Notes: generated by a model from the letters alone, not told the origin. Counted from the stretch's first letter, positions 1-11,552 are shown. The stretch: 64,000 nt of DNA from Thermoplasmata archaeon (GCA_015063135.1 SUTA01000001.1:42791-106790); one strand, 5' to 3'. Made by a program: numbers and translations.

Positions 1-2973
1 TCGGACGAGACCACGCTGAAGCAGATCGAGAGGTTCAACGACACCGCCGTGGAGCAGGACCTGGGCATCACCCCGCTCGCCATGATCGAGCGGCACATGA
101 GGGAATCCCCCGACCGCACAGCAGTGGTGTTCAACGGAAGGGAGATCTCGTACTCGGAGCTCGACTCGCTGTCCAGCAGGATAGGGGCGCACATCCAGTC
201 CAAAGGCATAGGCACGGAGGACTACGTCTCCGTGCTGGTGCACCACAGCGAGAACATCGCCGTGGCCACCGTCGGCGTGCTGAGGTCCGGCGCGGCGTAC
301 CAGCCGCTGGACCCCTCCTACCCCAAGGAGAGGCTCAACTTCATGGTGAAGGACTCCGGGGCGAAGCTGGTCATAGCCGACCGCGACCTAGTGGGGCTCA
401 TCGACGAGTACCATGGGGACATCCTGTACACGGACGAGTTCGAGGGCCTGACTGGCACCCACAGGCACGTCGATACCAAGCCAGGCGACGCGTTCACCAT
501 CCTGTACACATCCGGCACCACCGGCACCCCCAAGGGCTGCATCCTGGAGAACAGGAACGTGGCCTCCACGGTCAACCACTACGCCCGCAACCTGGAATCA
601 GGCCCCGGCATGAGGACCGCGTCCTACGCCAGCTACGGCTTCGACGCCAACATGATGGACATCTTCGTCACCCTGTGCGCCGGAGGGGCCCTCTACGTGA
701 TCCCGGAGGACATGAGACTCGACCTGCCCCAGGTCGACCGCTTCTTCACGGAGAACGGCATCACCCACGGCTTCATGACCACCCAGGTCGGGAGGCAGTT
801 CATCACCATGACCAGGTGCCGCACCCTGAAGCACTTCCTGGTCGGGGGCGAGAAGCTCGTGCCCGTGGTCCCCACGGAATGGGTGGACTTCGTCAACATC
901 TACGGCCCCACGGAGACGTCCATATACGTCCTGTCCTCGCATGTGAAGGACGACAACCCCCTCTGCCCCATCGGCAGGCCCAACGACAACACGAAGGTGT
1001 ACGTCGTAGACGGCAGCGGCCACCAGCTCCCCATCGGGGCGGTGGGCGAGCTGTACATCGCCGGCCCGCAGGTCTCCAGGGGGTACCTCAACAGGCCCGA
1101 CAAGACCGCCGAGGCCTTCATCAGGAACCCGTTCACCGACGACCCCGACTACAGGAACGCCTACCGCACCGGAGACGTCGTGAGGTGGCTGCCCGACGGG
1201 AACATCGAGTACATCGGCAGGAGGGACGGACAGGTCAAGATCAGGGGATTCCGCGTGGAGCTCACCGAGATCGAGAAGGTCATCCGCGAGTTCGACGGCA
1301 TAAGGGATGCGACCGTGGCCGCATTCGACTCCCCGTCCGGAGGCAAGTTCGTGGCCGCCTACGTCGTCTCCGACGGAAAGGTGGACATCGACGCCCTGAA
1401 CGCGTTCATCGGCGCCAGGAAGCCGCCGTACATGGTCCCCGCGGTGACCATGCAGATAGAGAGGATCCCGCTCAACGTCAACAGCAAGGTCGACAGGAGG
1501 AAGCTCCCCGTGCCGACCCCCTCCTCCCGGACCGCCGGGAAGATGCCCAGCAACGACATGGAGAAGAGGCTCTGCGACATCTACGCCGCGGTGCTCGGCG
1601 TGGATACCGTCTACGCCGACGACAGCTTCTTCGCCATCGGCGGAACGTCCATATCGGCATCCAGGCTGGTCGTCAGCTGCATGAACGAGGGCATCCCCCT
1701 GGTCTACAAGAACGTCTTCGACAACCCCGCCCCCATCGCCCTGGCCGCGTTCCTGAAGGGATACGGCGGGAGGAGGGAGGAGAAGGTCGAAGAGGCCGCC
1801 CCGGAGAGCGGCGTCCTCGCCTACAACGTGGCCGAGAACCTCGACGGCATCTCCAGGCACGGCATCGGCGATGTCCTGCTCACAGGCGCGACCGGGTTCC
1901 TCGGGATACACGTCCTGAAGGAGGTCCTGGACCGCGGGGAGGGATCCGTCACCTGCCTGATCCGCGGCAACAAGAGGCAGTCCGCCAGGGACAGGCTGAA
2001 GACCATGCTGATGTACTACTTCGGCGGGAGCATCTCCGAATCAGACATCGAGAGCATCGGCGTCGTCAAGGCGGACATCACCGACGAGGGCCTGAAGGAC
2101 GCCGTCGCCGGGCTGCACATAGACACCATCATCAACTGCGCCGCCGTGGTGAAGCACTTCGCCTTCGACGACAGCATCGAGAAGGTCAACCACTACGGGG
2201 TCAGGAACCTGATCGACGTGGCCCTGGCCCACGACGCCGTGCTGGTGCAGACGTCCACGCTGAGCGTGGCCGGCGAGTCCGTGAACGGCAGCGTGCCCGA
2301 GAGCGTGCTCCTGAAGGAGAACATGCTGGAATTTGGGCAGAACCTGGACAACAAGTACGTCCACTCCAAGCACATGGCTGAGAGGGCGATCCTAGAGTCC
2401 ATCGAGAAGGACGGCCTCAAGGGCAAGATCTTCCGCGCCGGCAACCTGATGAGCAGGGAGTCCGACGGGGAGTTCCAGATAAATTTCGCCACCAACAACT
2501 TCATGCGCTGCATCAGGTCCTACATCCTGCTGGGATGCTATCCCGTGGACGACCTGGACGCCAGCGCGGAGTTCTCGCCCATCGACATGACCGCGAAGGC
2601 GCTGATGACGCTGGCCGGGACCCCGGAGAGGTTCACCGTCTTCAACGGGAACAACCCGCACTGCGTCCACATGTACAATGTGATAGAGGTCCTCAGGAGC
2701 AACGGTTTCAAGATAGACATAGTGAGCAGGGAGGAGTTCGACCGGAGGTTCGCCGAGAAGCTCAAGGACGAGTCCGTCGCGGGGGACATCTCCGGACTCA
2801 TATCGTACATGGGCAACGACGGCGAGTTCAGGAGGGAGATCGGCGCCGACAACAGGTACACCGTGAAGGCGCTGTACAGGCTCGGGTTCTCCTGGCCGAT
2901 CATAGACCTGGGCTACATCGAGAGGGCGGTGAAGTCCCTCGAGGAGTTCAGGTTCTTCAGGAACGAGAGATGA
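1..2973 (+). CDS. Non-ribosomal peptide synthetase-like protein, terminal A-T-reductase module (5' end upstream of window)
   Basis: Frame open from base 1. A-domain motifs YTSGTTGTPKG, NIYGPTE, GELYIAG, YRTGD, QVKIRGFRVEL. T-domain FFAIGGTS. Thioester reductase LLTGATGFLG and YVHSK. Ends TGA overlapping the next ATG (ATGA). Confidence 0.9.
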   Translation, partial: SDETTLKQIERFNDTAVEQDLGITPLAMIERHMRESPDRTAVVFNGREISYSELDSLSSRIGAHIQSKGIGTEDYVSVLVHHSENIAVATVGVLRSGAAYQPLDPSYPKERLNFMVKDSGAKLVIADRDLVGLIDEYHGDILYTDEFEGLTGTHRHVDTKPGDAFTILYTSGTTGTPKGCILENRNVASTVNHYARNLESGPGMRTASYASYGFDANMMDIFVTLCAGGALYVIPEDMRLDLPQVDRFFTENGITHGFMTTQVGRQFITMTRCRTLKHFLVGGEKLVPVVPTEWVDFVNIYGPTETSIYVLSSHVKDDNPLCPIGRPNDNTKVYVVDGSGHQLPIGAVGELYIAGPQVSRGYLNRPDKTAEAFIRNPFTDDPDYRNAYRTGDVVRWLPDGNIEYIGRRDGQVKIRGFRVELTEIEKVIREFDGIRDATVAAFDSPSGGKFVAAYVVSDGKVDIDALNAFIGARKPPYMVPAVTMQIERIPLNVNSKVDRRKLPVPTPSSRTAGKMPSNDMEKRLCDIYAAVLGVDTVYADDSFFAIGGTSISASRLVVSCMNEGIPLVYKNVFDNPAPIALAAFLKGYGGRREEKVEEAAPESGVLAYNVAENLDGISRHGIGDVLLTGATGFLGIHVLKEVLDRGEGSVTCLIRGNKRQSARDRLKTMLMYYFGGSISESDIESIGVVKADITDEGLKDAVAGLHIDTIINCAAVVKHFAFDDSIEKVNHYGVRNLIDVALAHDAVLVQTSTLSVAGESVNGSVPESVLLKENMLEFGQNLDNKYVHSKHMAERAILESIEKDGLKGKIFRAGNLMSRESDGEFQINFATNNFMRCIRSYILLGCYPVDDLDASAEFSPIDMTAKALMTLAGTPERFTVFNGNNPHCVHMYNVIEVLRSNGFKIDIVSREEFDRRFAEKLKDESVAGDISGLISYMGNDGEFRREIGADNRYTVKALYRLGFSWPIIDLGYIERAVKSLEEFRFFRNER

Positions 2974-4760
2974 CGACCACAGCAAGCAGCTCGGAGGCCC
3001 TTCAGCAGGTCATGGCGAGGAACCGCGAGTCGGTGGACATGGCAGCGATAATGCTGTGCGCCGCCCTGGCGGCGATAATCCTGGTGCTCTATATACTCAC
3101 CAGGCTGAACTACTTCACGGGCCTGGACAAGAGCATAGGCATCTACATGATGGCCGACGAGCTGCTGCTCCTGTCCGCCGTGGTCATAGGCGCCCTTGAC
3201 AAGCGGCACAAGACCCCGATACGGCTGTTCATCATAGCCGCCCTGATGGTCACCGCGCTGATCATCAGCACAGTCCTGTCGTTCCCCTACCTGATGTTCG
3301 CCCTGCCGATAGTTCTGGTCACGGCGTACTACGACGGCAGGTTCACCCTGGCGATCGCCGTCATAGGGGCCGCCCTGATGTGCATCGAGCCGTTCTTCTC
3401 GTCCTACATCGGGATAACCCACATGCAGTACGTGGACTTCAAGACCTACACGGACGGCAGCATAATCATCACCAGCGACAGCATGACCGAGGCCGCCAGG
3501 GAGTTCGCCAGGTTCACGGTCCCGTCGCTGCCGATCTACGCCGCCATGGTCGGGCTGTCCGTATGGGTCACCGACAGGGGGCTCAAGCTCATGAAGGAGC
3601 GCTCCGCCCTGGCCGAGACGCAGATCGCCCTGGAGAACGAGCTCTCCATCGCCGCCGGGATCCAGCAGGGGATGCTCCCCGAGGACTTCCCCGACGAGGA
3701 ATCCTATGCCATCACGGCCACAATGGTCCCCGCCAAGGATGTCGGTGGGGACTTCTACGATTTCATCAAGATAGGCAGCTCGCGCGTGGCGTTCCTGGTG
3801 GCGGACGTGTCCGGCAAGGGGATGCCAGCCGCCCTGTTCATGGCCAGCGCCAGGACCCTCGTGCGCAGCAACCTGGAGAACGGCCTCCAGGTGGATGTGG
3901 TGATGGACCGCACCAACGCGGAGCTCATCAAGTCCAACAAGGAGAAGCTGTTCGTCACCGCCTGGCTGGGCATGCTGGACCTGAAGACCGGAGCGCTGTC
4001 CTACGTGAACGCGGGCCACAACCCGCCGTTCCTGATCCGCGCCGACGGCTCCGTCGAATCCGTCAGATCCAGGCCGAACTTCGTGCTTGGCAGGAAGAAG
4101 GGCCTTAGGTACATGGAGCACAGGATGCAGCTGTCCCCCGGCGACAGGCTCCTCCTGTACACCGACGGCCTGACCGATGCCACGAACCCCGAGGGCGAGA
4201 TGTTCACCGTCGAGCGGGTGGAGGAGAGGCTCAGGTCGGGCTGCGTGTCCGTGGACTCCATGATGGACGAGGTCAGGGCGTTCTCCGGGGGCGCCGACCA
4301 GTTCGACGACCTCACCATGCTCCTGGTGGAGTACAGGGAGCCCAAGACGATAGCGTACTCCGAGGGGGAGGTCTTCGATGCCGACCCGGCCGGCCACGAT
4401 GCGGCTATCGCGTACATACGCTCGAGGCTAGAGGAGGCCGGCTGCTCGGAGAAGGTCATCAGGGACATGGAGGTCTCCTCGTCCGAGGTGATCTCGAACA
4501 TCAACATGTACGCCTACCCGGACGGAGGTGGCACAGTCAGGGTGTCCGCCGATGTGGTGGAGCGCATAGCGACCGTCATCTTCAGGGACACCGGCCCGGA
4601 GTACAACCCGCTGGAGAGGTCCAACCCCGATGCCGAGAAGAGGATCAGGGAGCACAAGATCGGCGGTTTCGGCATATTCATAGTCAAGAAGCTGATGGAC
4701 GACGTGCGGTACGAGAGGACCGACGGCATGAACGTCCTGACCATAATGAAGGAGATGCGA
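2970..4760 (+). CDS. Membrane-bound SpoIIE/RsbU PP2C phosphatase fused to an RsbW-like HATPase anti-sigma domain
   Basis: N-terminal TM helices. PP2C motifs VGGDFYD, ADVSGKG, NAGHNPP, LYTDG, DDLT. C-terminal NINMYAY...DTG...GGFGIFIV. Ends CGA(4758-4760)-TAG. Confidence 0.85.
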
Positions 4761-4764
4761 TAGG

Positions 4765-5061
4765 ATGCAGATAGACGTGAGGAAGGATGGAAGCAAGCTG
4801 ATAATCGCCCCGAAGGGCAACATAGACTACGTCACGGCCCCGGAGCTGGACGCAGAGGTCTCCAAGGCCGGGGATGACGTCAGGTCGATCGAGATCGACA
4901 TGTCCGGCGTCCCGTACATATCGTCCGCCGGGCTCAGGGTGATCCTGAACGCCGACGAGATGATGCAGGACAGGGACGGGATCAAGCTCACCGGCGTCAA
5001 CAACGACGTGAGGGCCATCCTGGAGATGACCGGCTTCTACGACATGCTGGACATAGAGCGA
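4765..5061 (+). CDS. STAS-domain anti-sigma factor antagonist (RsbV/SpoIIAA-like)
   Basis: GNIDYVTAP, IDMSGVPYISSAGLR, ILEMTGF. CGA at 5059-5061 overlaps the next ATG (CGATG). Confidence 0.85.
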
Positions 5062-5708
5062 TGCGCTGCTTCCTGACCGACTGCTCCCCCCTTGAGGACC
5101 CCGACCTGTACGCCAGGGCGTACGCCCGCCTGCCGGCCTGGAGGAGGGAGAGGGCGGACTTCTACAGGTTCCCGAGGGACCGCTTCCTTAGCATCGCGGC
5201 CGGGCTGTACATGGGCCTGGTCGAGCGCGGCCATGGGGCCGTCTCCATAGGCAATGACGGCAAGCCCCGCGCCGACGGCCTGGAGTTCAACGCCTCCCAT
5301 TCCGGGTGCTACGTCGCATTCGCCTGCTCCGAGCACGCGGTGGGCGTGGACATAGAGGAAGTGGGCAGCAACATGGACATCGCCGAGAGGGTAACCACGC
5401 CTGACGAGTACATAGACCTCATGGAATGCGGGGATCTCCGCGCGAGGGAGGACCTGTTCTGCAGGATGTGGACGGCCAAGGAGAGCTACATGAAGGCCCT
5501 GGGGAAGGGCATGGGCCTGCCCCCGGAGACGTTCAGGGTCCTCCATGGCAGGGAGATATCCTCCCCCTCGGAGGACTTCGCCATAACGGAGCTCTCGCCG
5601 CCCCGCGGTTACCACGTATCGGTATGCTGCGAGGAGGAGTGCTGCATCCTCGAAGACATCGGGATCGAGCGCCTCCTGGAGGCTGAGAGGATCGAGGACC
5701 TCTTCCGA
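5061..5708 (+). CDS. Sfp-type 4'-phosphopantetheinyl transferase
   Basis: GKP, FNASHSG, VGVDIE, WTAKESYMKALG motifs. Ends at CGA 5706-5708, abutting the convergent gene. Confidence 0.85.
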
Positions 5709-6494
5709 TCGCCCGTGTATCGGCCTGAAACCGCGTTCCGATAAATGCTTCCTGAGCTCAGCCTCGGCCTTCCCGGAGGGGGCGAGCCCCATCCTGCCGA
5801 GCCTGGCCTCGTCGCCCTGCCTGGCATTCAGGGACCCCATGAGGTAATGCCTGGCGCCGGTGGTTGCTATCGCCTCCACAAGCTCCCCCTCCCTCCCCTC
5901 CAGCGAGTTCATGACAGGGGCGATCATGGCGTAGGTGTCAATCCCGGCATCCACCAGGCGGCGCATGGCATCCAGCCTCGCCGATGGCAGGGGCGCACCG
6001 GGCTCGGCCATCTTGGATATCCTCTCGTCCAGGCCGGTTATCGTGATGCCCACGGAGCACTCCATGCTCGCCAGGAGCGGGATGTCCCTGATGACTAGGT
6101 CTGACTTGGTGACTATGGCGGCCTCCCTCCCTTGGGAGGCCAGGACCTCCAGGCACTGCCTGGTCAGCAGGAACCTGGACTCTGCATATTGGTAGGGGTC
6201 CGTTGAGGAGCCGATGCCGATCGTGCCCTCCGTGCCGGGGAGCTCCCTGGCCAGCCTGTCCACGATGTTGGTGCGGACCCTGACGACCCTCCATGTGGAG
6301 GGGTCGGAATGGGTGTAGCCGGGCGCGTAGCAGTAGACGCACCCGTGGGCGCATCCGCCGTAGGGGTTGAGGGTGTACTTCAGGCCGGGGATGTTGGTGG
6401 GCGACAGCGCCCTCCTGCACTCCACGAGCTCGAAGTCGCCGTCCCATTCCTCCGCCTCGTCCGAGTAGTCGGAGAGACGGGTGCCGATGGCCAT
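5709..6494 (-). CDS. Radical SAM protein, SPL/DNA-repair photolyase-like family
   Basis: LNPYGGCAHGCVYCYA (CxxxCxxC), TDPYQ, TKS. Ends at CGA; the supplied 485-aa ORF reads on antisense through the PPTase. Confidence 0.8.
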
Positions 6495-6495
6495 C

Positions 6496-7371
6496 TCAGG
6501 CTTCCGGCGTGATGTGCTCAGCTACCCACGTGGCCTGCACATCGCGGATGTCGCTGGAGAGCTTGTCGGATATCTCCTCGAGCATCTTGTACCACCCGGC
6601 GGCATAGTCGACGAGCTTCTTGGCCTCCGCGGCGTTTGAAGCAGTCATCTTGCCGTAGATCCCGTCCAGATAGGGCGCGATCTTCGAGGGGGCGAGGATC
6701 GCGGAGATGTAACTCTCAAACAGCCCGTTGAAGCTGAGGTACTCCGAGAGGATGTGCCCGGATGCCTCGTCGGCGGCCAGGGCGGCGCGCAGGGCCTCCT
6801 GGTCGAGGCCGGTGAACACCGTGTGGCAGTTCATGATGGTCTCGCCGTTGATCTCGATGGAGTTCTGCTCCAGCAGCTGGCAGAGGTTGGGGAACTCCTC
6901 CTTGAAGTCGGTGATGACGAACGACTCGAAGGAATCCACGGCACCGCAGGAGTTCAGGCACTTGGCGAGGAACACCAGCAGGCAGTCGCCTTCGGCCCTC
7001 TGATACTGGTAGATCTCTATGATGCCGCCTCCATCCGTGAGGTCATCCTCGTCGATCTTGGCATCGTTGTACAGCTTGGCGAGCTTCTTGTAGGCGTTCG
7101 CGAGGTCCTTGTCCGCGTCGTTGTAATCGTCGATGTACTTGTTGATTAGCTTCATGACAATGTTCTGGTACTCCTCGGTCTCCATCCACTCCTCGAGCGA
7201 GCTGGGGTCCTCCACATCGACCTTGACATCGTTCGTCTTTATCCCCATCTTTTTGACGATGTCGTCATCGAGGATGGATATGCCGCCTTCGGCGCCGTAG
7301 CCGGCAACGCATATCCCCGCTATCGCGAGGAGGCCGACAACGCCGAGAGAAACTACCATCTGCTTGTCCAT
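6496..7371 (-). CDS. Hypothetical acidic protein with N-terminal membrane anchor
   Basis: ATG at 7371 (MDKQMVVSLGVVGLLAIAG), downstream of three in-frame CGA codons that separate it from Nre. Ends TGA. Confidence 0.65.
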   Translation of the reverse strand: MDKQMVVSLGVVGLLAIAGICVAGYGAEGGISILDDDIVKKMGIKTNDVKVDVEDPSSLEEWMETEEYQNIVMKLINKYIDDYNDADKDLANAYKKLAKLYNDAKIDEDDLTDGGGIIEIYQYQRAEGDCLLVFLAKCLNSCGAVDSFESFVITDFKEEFPNLCQLLEQNSIEINGETIMNCHTVFTGLDQEALRAALAADEASGHILSEYLSFNGLFESYISAILAPSKIAPYLDGIYGKMTASNAAEAKKLVDYAAGWYKMLEEISDKLSSDIRDVQATWVAEHITPEA

Positions 7372-7416
7372 GCTATCTCGACTAACCATCCGTATATATG
7401 GATTTCGAAAAGATGC

Positions 7417-8703
7417 TCGGTAAAAGTCTTCGATGCGCTTCTGCACCTTCCAGTCCTTCAGGATGGCCGAATGCGAGAACCAGGTCTCCCTGCGGACGTC
7501 CATGTAGGACTCGATGTGGGGCCACAGCTGCTCCAGGGACTCCCCGGCGATGGGCGGGTGCCTAAGGGCCTCCCTGACGTTCTCCCTGATGTTCCACACG
7601 CCCAGCGGGATGTCGTAGCCTGGATGGATCTCCCTCAGGACTATCACCGCCGCGCTCCTGCCCTGGGCGTTCAGCATCTCCGTGACCGCGAGCCTCGCGG
7701 CGTAATAGGCCCCCTCGTTGGCGGCGTAATGGGTCATGCCGTCGAAGGGCTCGTGGTCCGCCGCGAAGTCGATCCTGGACGCGCTGGGGTTCCAGCTGGA
7801 CTGCGGGAACCATGCCTCGATCATCTCGTAGCGCCAGGTCGTGGGCATCATCACGATGCACCACCTGTTGTCCAGCCCGGTCCAGGTGTACAGCCTGTAC
7901 TCGTCTATCGTCGGGTTGAACCTGACCTCCTTGGACAGGCTCTTGCTGATCATGTCGTCCACGGCGGTGATGCTCCATCTGGTCGGGACGAACCTGCGGT
8001 TCCTCCCCACGCCCATGGTGCCCACCGAGAAGGCCTTCTGGATCTCCGACACGGCAGTCCCGTTGCCGTATGCGGCCATGACCGCGTCCGCGGACCTCAT
8101 GTCCACGTCGTAGAAGCTCTTCTCCAGGTTCCTCTCGAACCTGCCGTTCCCGATGGTCATCTGCTCTATCTTCCCGGACGGGCCGAAGGGCTGCACGGCG
8201 TCGTCCAGCACCAGCCTCCCGGTGGGCTTCCTGTCGAACTGCGTTTCGACGTCTATGGACTTCTCCGTGAGGGCGATCTCCTGGACGCTGTCAACGACCC
8301 TGCCGGCCTTCCTGAAGTCCGTGGCGTCGATCCTGTACTTCCCGCGGATTAGGCCGAACCTCAGGTCCGCGATCTCGTCGACGGACCTGCCGACCCACCT
8401 CTCCGGGGAATCCATGAGGGAGGTGTCCCCGAACTCCGCCGGGAGCAGCGGGCCGATGTCCACCTTAGGGTACCCGTACCTGCCGACGAAGACGGCCGGC
8501 GGGGAGGAGCCCGCGATGTCCCTGGTGTTGATCTTCGGCATCAGCTTCTCGCGGGAGTAGAACTTGAGCATCAGGGGGCACCTGTCCCTGCCGCAGAGGT
8601 TGCGGGAGCCCTTGCAGACGTTGCACAGCCCGTTCTTCACGACGGCGTCCCCCTTGTCCATCGCATCCTGGAAAGAGAGGCTCGTCTGCATGGTCCACCC
8701 CAT
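7417..8703 (-). CDS. nreA: Nre-family archaeal DNA repair protein
   Basis: CNVCKGSRNLCGRDRCP, GSSPPAVFVGRYGYPKV, PTRWSITAVD, PLGVWNIRE. C-terminal PIP-box-like QKRIEDFY followed directly by CGA. Confidence 0.85.
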
Positions 8704-9217
8704 GTAATCGGGAGATAAAGGTTAAAGCGAGGAGCAGATGAGATTTCTCTCGGTGCAAGGGGACTGCTCCCTGCTTATGATTTCGGCATTAATCACATAG
8801 TTTTTAACGTTTTGGACGAATCTTGCTGTTGGATGGGCATTTTCGGGATTTTTTGTGATTTTTTGGCCCCCGAATCGGTCAGCCACTTCCGAAACGGGCG
8901 GTTAGTAGGTCGTCGGATGAACGGCGTTAATTGCCAAGGTGCCCTACCGTGCGCGGGAGGGGTGCCTGGACACTGCCGCCAGCCTACCCCTGCGAGATGG
9001 TGGATGGATGAATAAGCAATACTATCCAATAACACTGTTAAGCTGAGAAAGATTTAGCTGTCAGTTTTACTAATATTTTACTACGGATTTGTATCGGGAG
9101 TAGGGTTTATTACAGATGTTTTGGATTGTGTTCCCCGCGAAAAATCAGCGCAGGCGATGCACTCATTCCGCCCGAAGAATGGGCTCGTTCAGCCCGAATA
9201 AAGGAAGGGGAGAAGAA

Positions 9218-11455
9218 ATGGAAATACAGGATTGGCTAGGGGCCGACAACCAGCTCGGCATGGACATTTGGACCAAGAAGTACTGCCACGACGGCGAGAC
9301 GTTCGAGCATTGGCTCGACCGCATAAGCTCCGGCGATTCGGACCTGCGCAGGCTGCTCGTCGAGAAGAAGTTCCTCTTCGGCGGCAGGATCCTGGCCAAC
9401 AGGGGCCTCCAGCACCACGGCCTCAAGGTCACCTTCTCCAACTGCTACGTCCTGACCCCTCCCGAGGACTCCATCGAGTCCATCTTCGAGTGCGCCGGCA
9501 AGCTCGCGCGCACATTCAGCTACGGCGGCGGAGCCGGCATCGACATCTCCAAGCTCGCCCCCAGGGGAGCCAAGATCAACAACACCGCCTCCGAGACCTC
9601 CGGCGCTGTCTCCTTCACCGACCTCTTCTCCATGGTCACCGGGCTCATCGGGCAGCACGGACGCCGCGGCGCCCTCATGCTCACCATGTCCTGCGACCAC
9701 CCCGACCTCGAGGAGTTCATGTCCGTAAAGACCGACCTCGAGAGGGTCACCAAGGCCAACATGTCCATCAGGGTTACCGACGAGTTCATGGAGTGCGTGA
9801 GGGACAGGAAGACCTTCATCCAGCACTTCGACAGGCCCGAGAGCAACCAGAAGATCAGGAAGGAGCTCAACGCCGCCGAGTTCTTCGAGAAGCTCTGCTA
9901 CGCCAACTGGGACTACGGCGAGCCCGGATGCCTGTACTGGGACAGGATCTCCTCCTGGAACCTGCTCAGCGAGTTCCCCAACTACTCCTACGCGGGCACC
10001 AACCCCTGCGCCGAGGAGCCCCTGCCCGCTGGCGGATCCTGCCTGCTGGGCAGCATGAACCTGGCCGCCTTCGTCTGGAACGGCAGGTTCGACACCGACG
10101 AGTTCACCAAGGCCGTCAGGATCTGCGTCCGCGCCCTGAACGACGTCCTCGAGGAGGGGCTCCCGCTGCATCCCCTGGAGGAGCAGAAGAAGTCCGTCAG
10201 CCAGTGGAGGCAGATCGGCCTGGGCATCATGGGCCTGGCCGACATGCTGATCATGCTCGGCTACAAGTACGGCACCCCCGAGGCAGTCGACTTCTGCGAC
10301 AAGCTCGGGAAGCTGATGATGGACACCGCCCTCAACGAGAGCGCCATCCTGGCCAAGGAGAAGGGCATGTTCGAGATGTGCGTGCCCCAGCAGATCGTGG
10401 ACTCCGAGTTCTTCAAGTACAACGCGTCCGAGGAGACCAGGGAGCTGGTCCTCCAGTACGGCCTGAGGAACTCCCAGCTGCTGACCATCGCCCCCACCGG
10501 GACCCTGTCCACCATGCTTGGGATCTCGGGAGGCATCGAGCCCATCTTCGCGATCTCCTACGAGAGGAGGACCACCTCCCTCTCCGACCACGACGACTAC
10601 TACAAGGTGTACACCCCCATCGTCCAGTCCTACCTCGACAGGCACCCGGACATCAAGGACGACGCGGACCTTCCGGCGTTCTTCGTCACCGCACAGAACC
10701 TGGACTACAGGGACAGGATCAAGATGCAGGCCACCTGGCAGACCCACATCGACGCCTCCATCTCGTCCACCGTCAACCTCCCCGAGGACTTCCCCCAGGA
10801 GGACGTGTACAACATCTACATGGCCGCATGGGAGTCCGGCTGCAAGGGCGTGACCGTCTTCCGCGACGGCTGCAAGCGCCTCGGCATCCTCTCCACCAAG
10901 GAGAAGGACAAGAAGGCCGAGGAGGAGCAGCCCATGCACGAGGACACCAAGAGAGGCGTCGTCGAGGTCGTCGACGACAACGTCATCGGGAAGAAGAGGA
11001 AGCTCATGACCGGATGCGGGAGCCTGCACTGCACGGCGTTCTTCAACCCCGTCACCGGCGAGCTCGTCGAGGCGTACCTCAACAAGGGATCCACCGGCGG
11101 ATGCAACAACTTCATGGTCGGTCTGTCCAGGATGATCTCCCTGGCGGCCAGGTCCGGATGCGGCATTGAGGCCATCGTCGACCAGCTGAAGTCCTGCGGC
11201 TCCTGCCCGTCCTACGTGGTCAGGACCCACACCAAGAGGGACACCAGCATCGGGTCCTGCTGCCCCATGGCGGTCGGCTGGGCGCTCACCGACATGTACA
11301 ACGAGATGCAGGCGCAGATCAAGGGCATCGAGGAGGAGAAGCCCGAGGAGCAGCCCCGCGAGGTGAAGAACCCCTGCCCCAAGTGCGGAGCGGAGCTCGA
11401 GTTCCAGGGCGGCTGCAACGTCTGCAAGTCCTGCGGATGGACCAAGTGCGACTGA
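9218..11455 (+). CDS. nrdJ: Class II (adenosylcobalamin-dependent) ribonucleotide reductase
   Basis: FGGRILAN, SNCY, TNPCAEEPL, TIAPTGT, GCKGVTVFRDG, C-terminal Zn ribbon. Purine-rich RBS before ATG 9218. The upstream extension contains CGA codons. Confidence 0.9.
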   Translation: MEIQDWLGADNQLGMDIWTKKYCHDGETFEHWLDRISSGDSDLRRLLVEKKFLFGGRILANRGLQHHGLKVTFSNCYVLTPPEDSIESIFECAGKLARTFSYGGGAGIDISKLAPRGAKINNTASETSGAVSFTDLFSMVTGLIGQHGRRGALMLTMSCDHPDLEEFMSVKTDLERVTKANMSIRVTDEFMECVRDRKTFIQHFDRPESNQKIRKELNAAEFFEKLCYANWDYGEPGCLYWDRISSWNLLSEFPNYSYAGTNPCAEEPLPAGGSCLLGSMNLAAFVWNGRFDTDEFTKAVRICVRALNDVLEEGLPLHPLEEQKKSVSQWRQIGLGIMGLADMLIMLGYKYGTPEAVDFCDKLGKLMMDTALNESAILAKEKGMFEMCVPQQIVDSEFFKYNASEETRELVLQYGLRNSQLLTIAPTGTLSTMLGISGGIEPIFAISYERRTTSLSDHDDYYKVYTPIVQSYLDRHPDIKDDADLPAFFVTAQNLDYRDRIKMQATWQTHIDASISSTVNLPEDFPQEDVYNIYMAAWESGCKGVTVFRDGCKRLGILSTKEKDKKAEEEQPMHEDTKRGVVEVVDDNVIGKKRKLMTGCGSLHCTAFFNPVTGELVEAYLNKGSTGGCNNFMVGLSRMISLAARSGCGIEAIVDQLKSCGSCPSYVVRTHTKRDTSIGSCCPMAVGWALTDMYNEMQAQIKGIEEEKPEEQPREVKNPCPKCGAELEFQGGCNVCKSCGWTKCD

Positions 11456-11468
11456 TCGCTTTCAAACC

Positions 11469-11497
11469 GGCGGGGCCGATGCCCCGCCATCTCTTTT
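11469..11497 (+). terminator. GC hairpin plus T-rich tail after nrdJ
   Basis: GGCGGGGC-CGAT-GCCCCGCC then ATCTCTTTT. Confidence 0.55.
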
Positions 11498-11552
11498 CCC
11501 GTGGGAACAGTTTTTATCGGCTGCATCCCCCCTTACAATCAAAGGTGATGCT

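Noticed and set aside
91-93. CGG also acting as a stop
   Set aside because: CGG occurs in frame inside intact genes (NRPS 91-93, Fic, 5'-nucleotidase), so it is a sense codon.
8760-9217. Cobalamin riboswitch or ncRNA upstream of nrdJ
   Set aside because: The intergenic region is long, but I could not recognise a B12-box consensus by eye. An Infernal/Rfam search would be needed.
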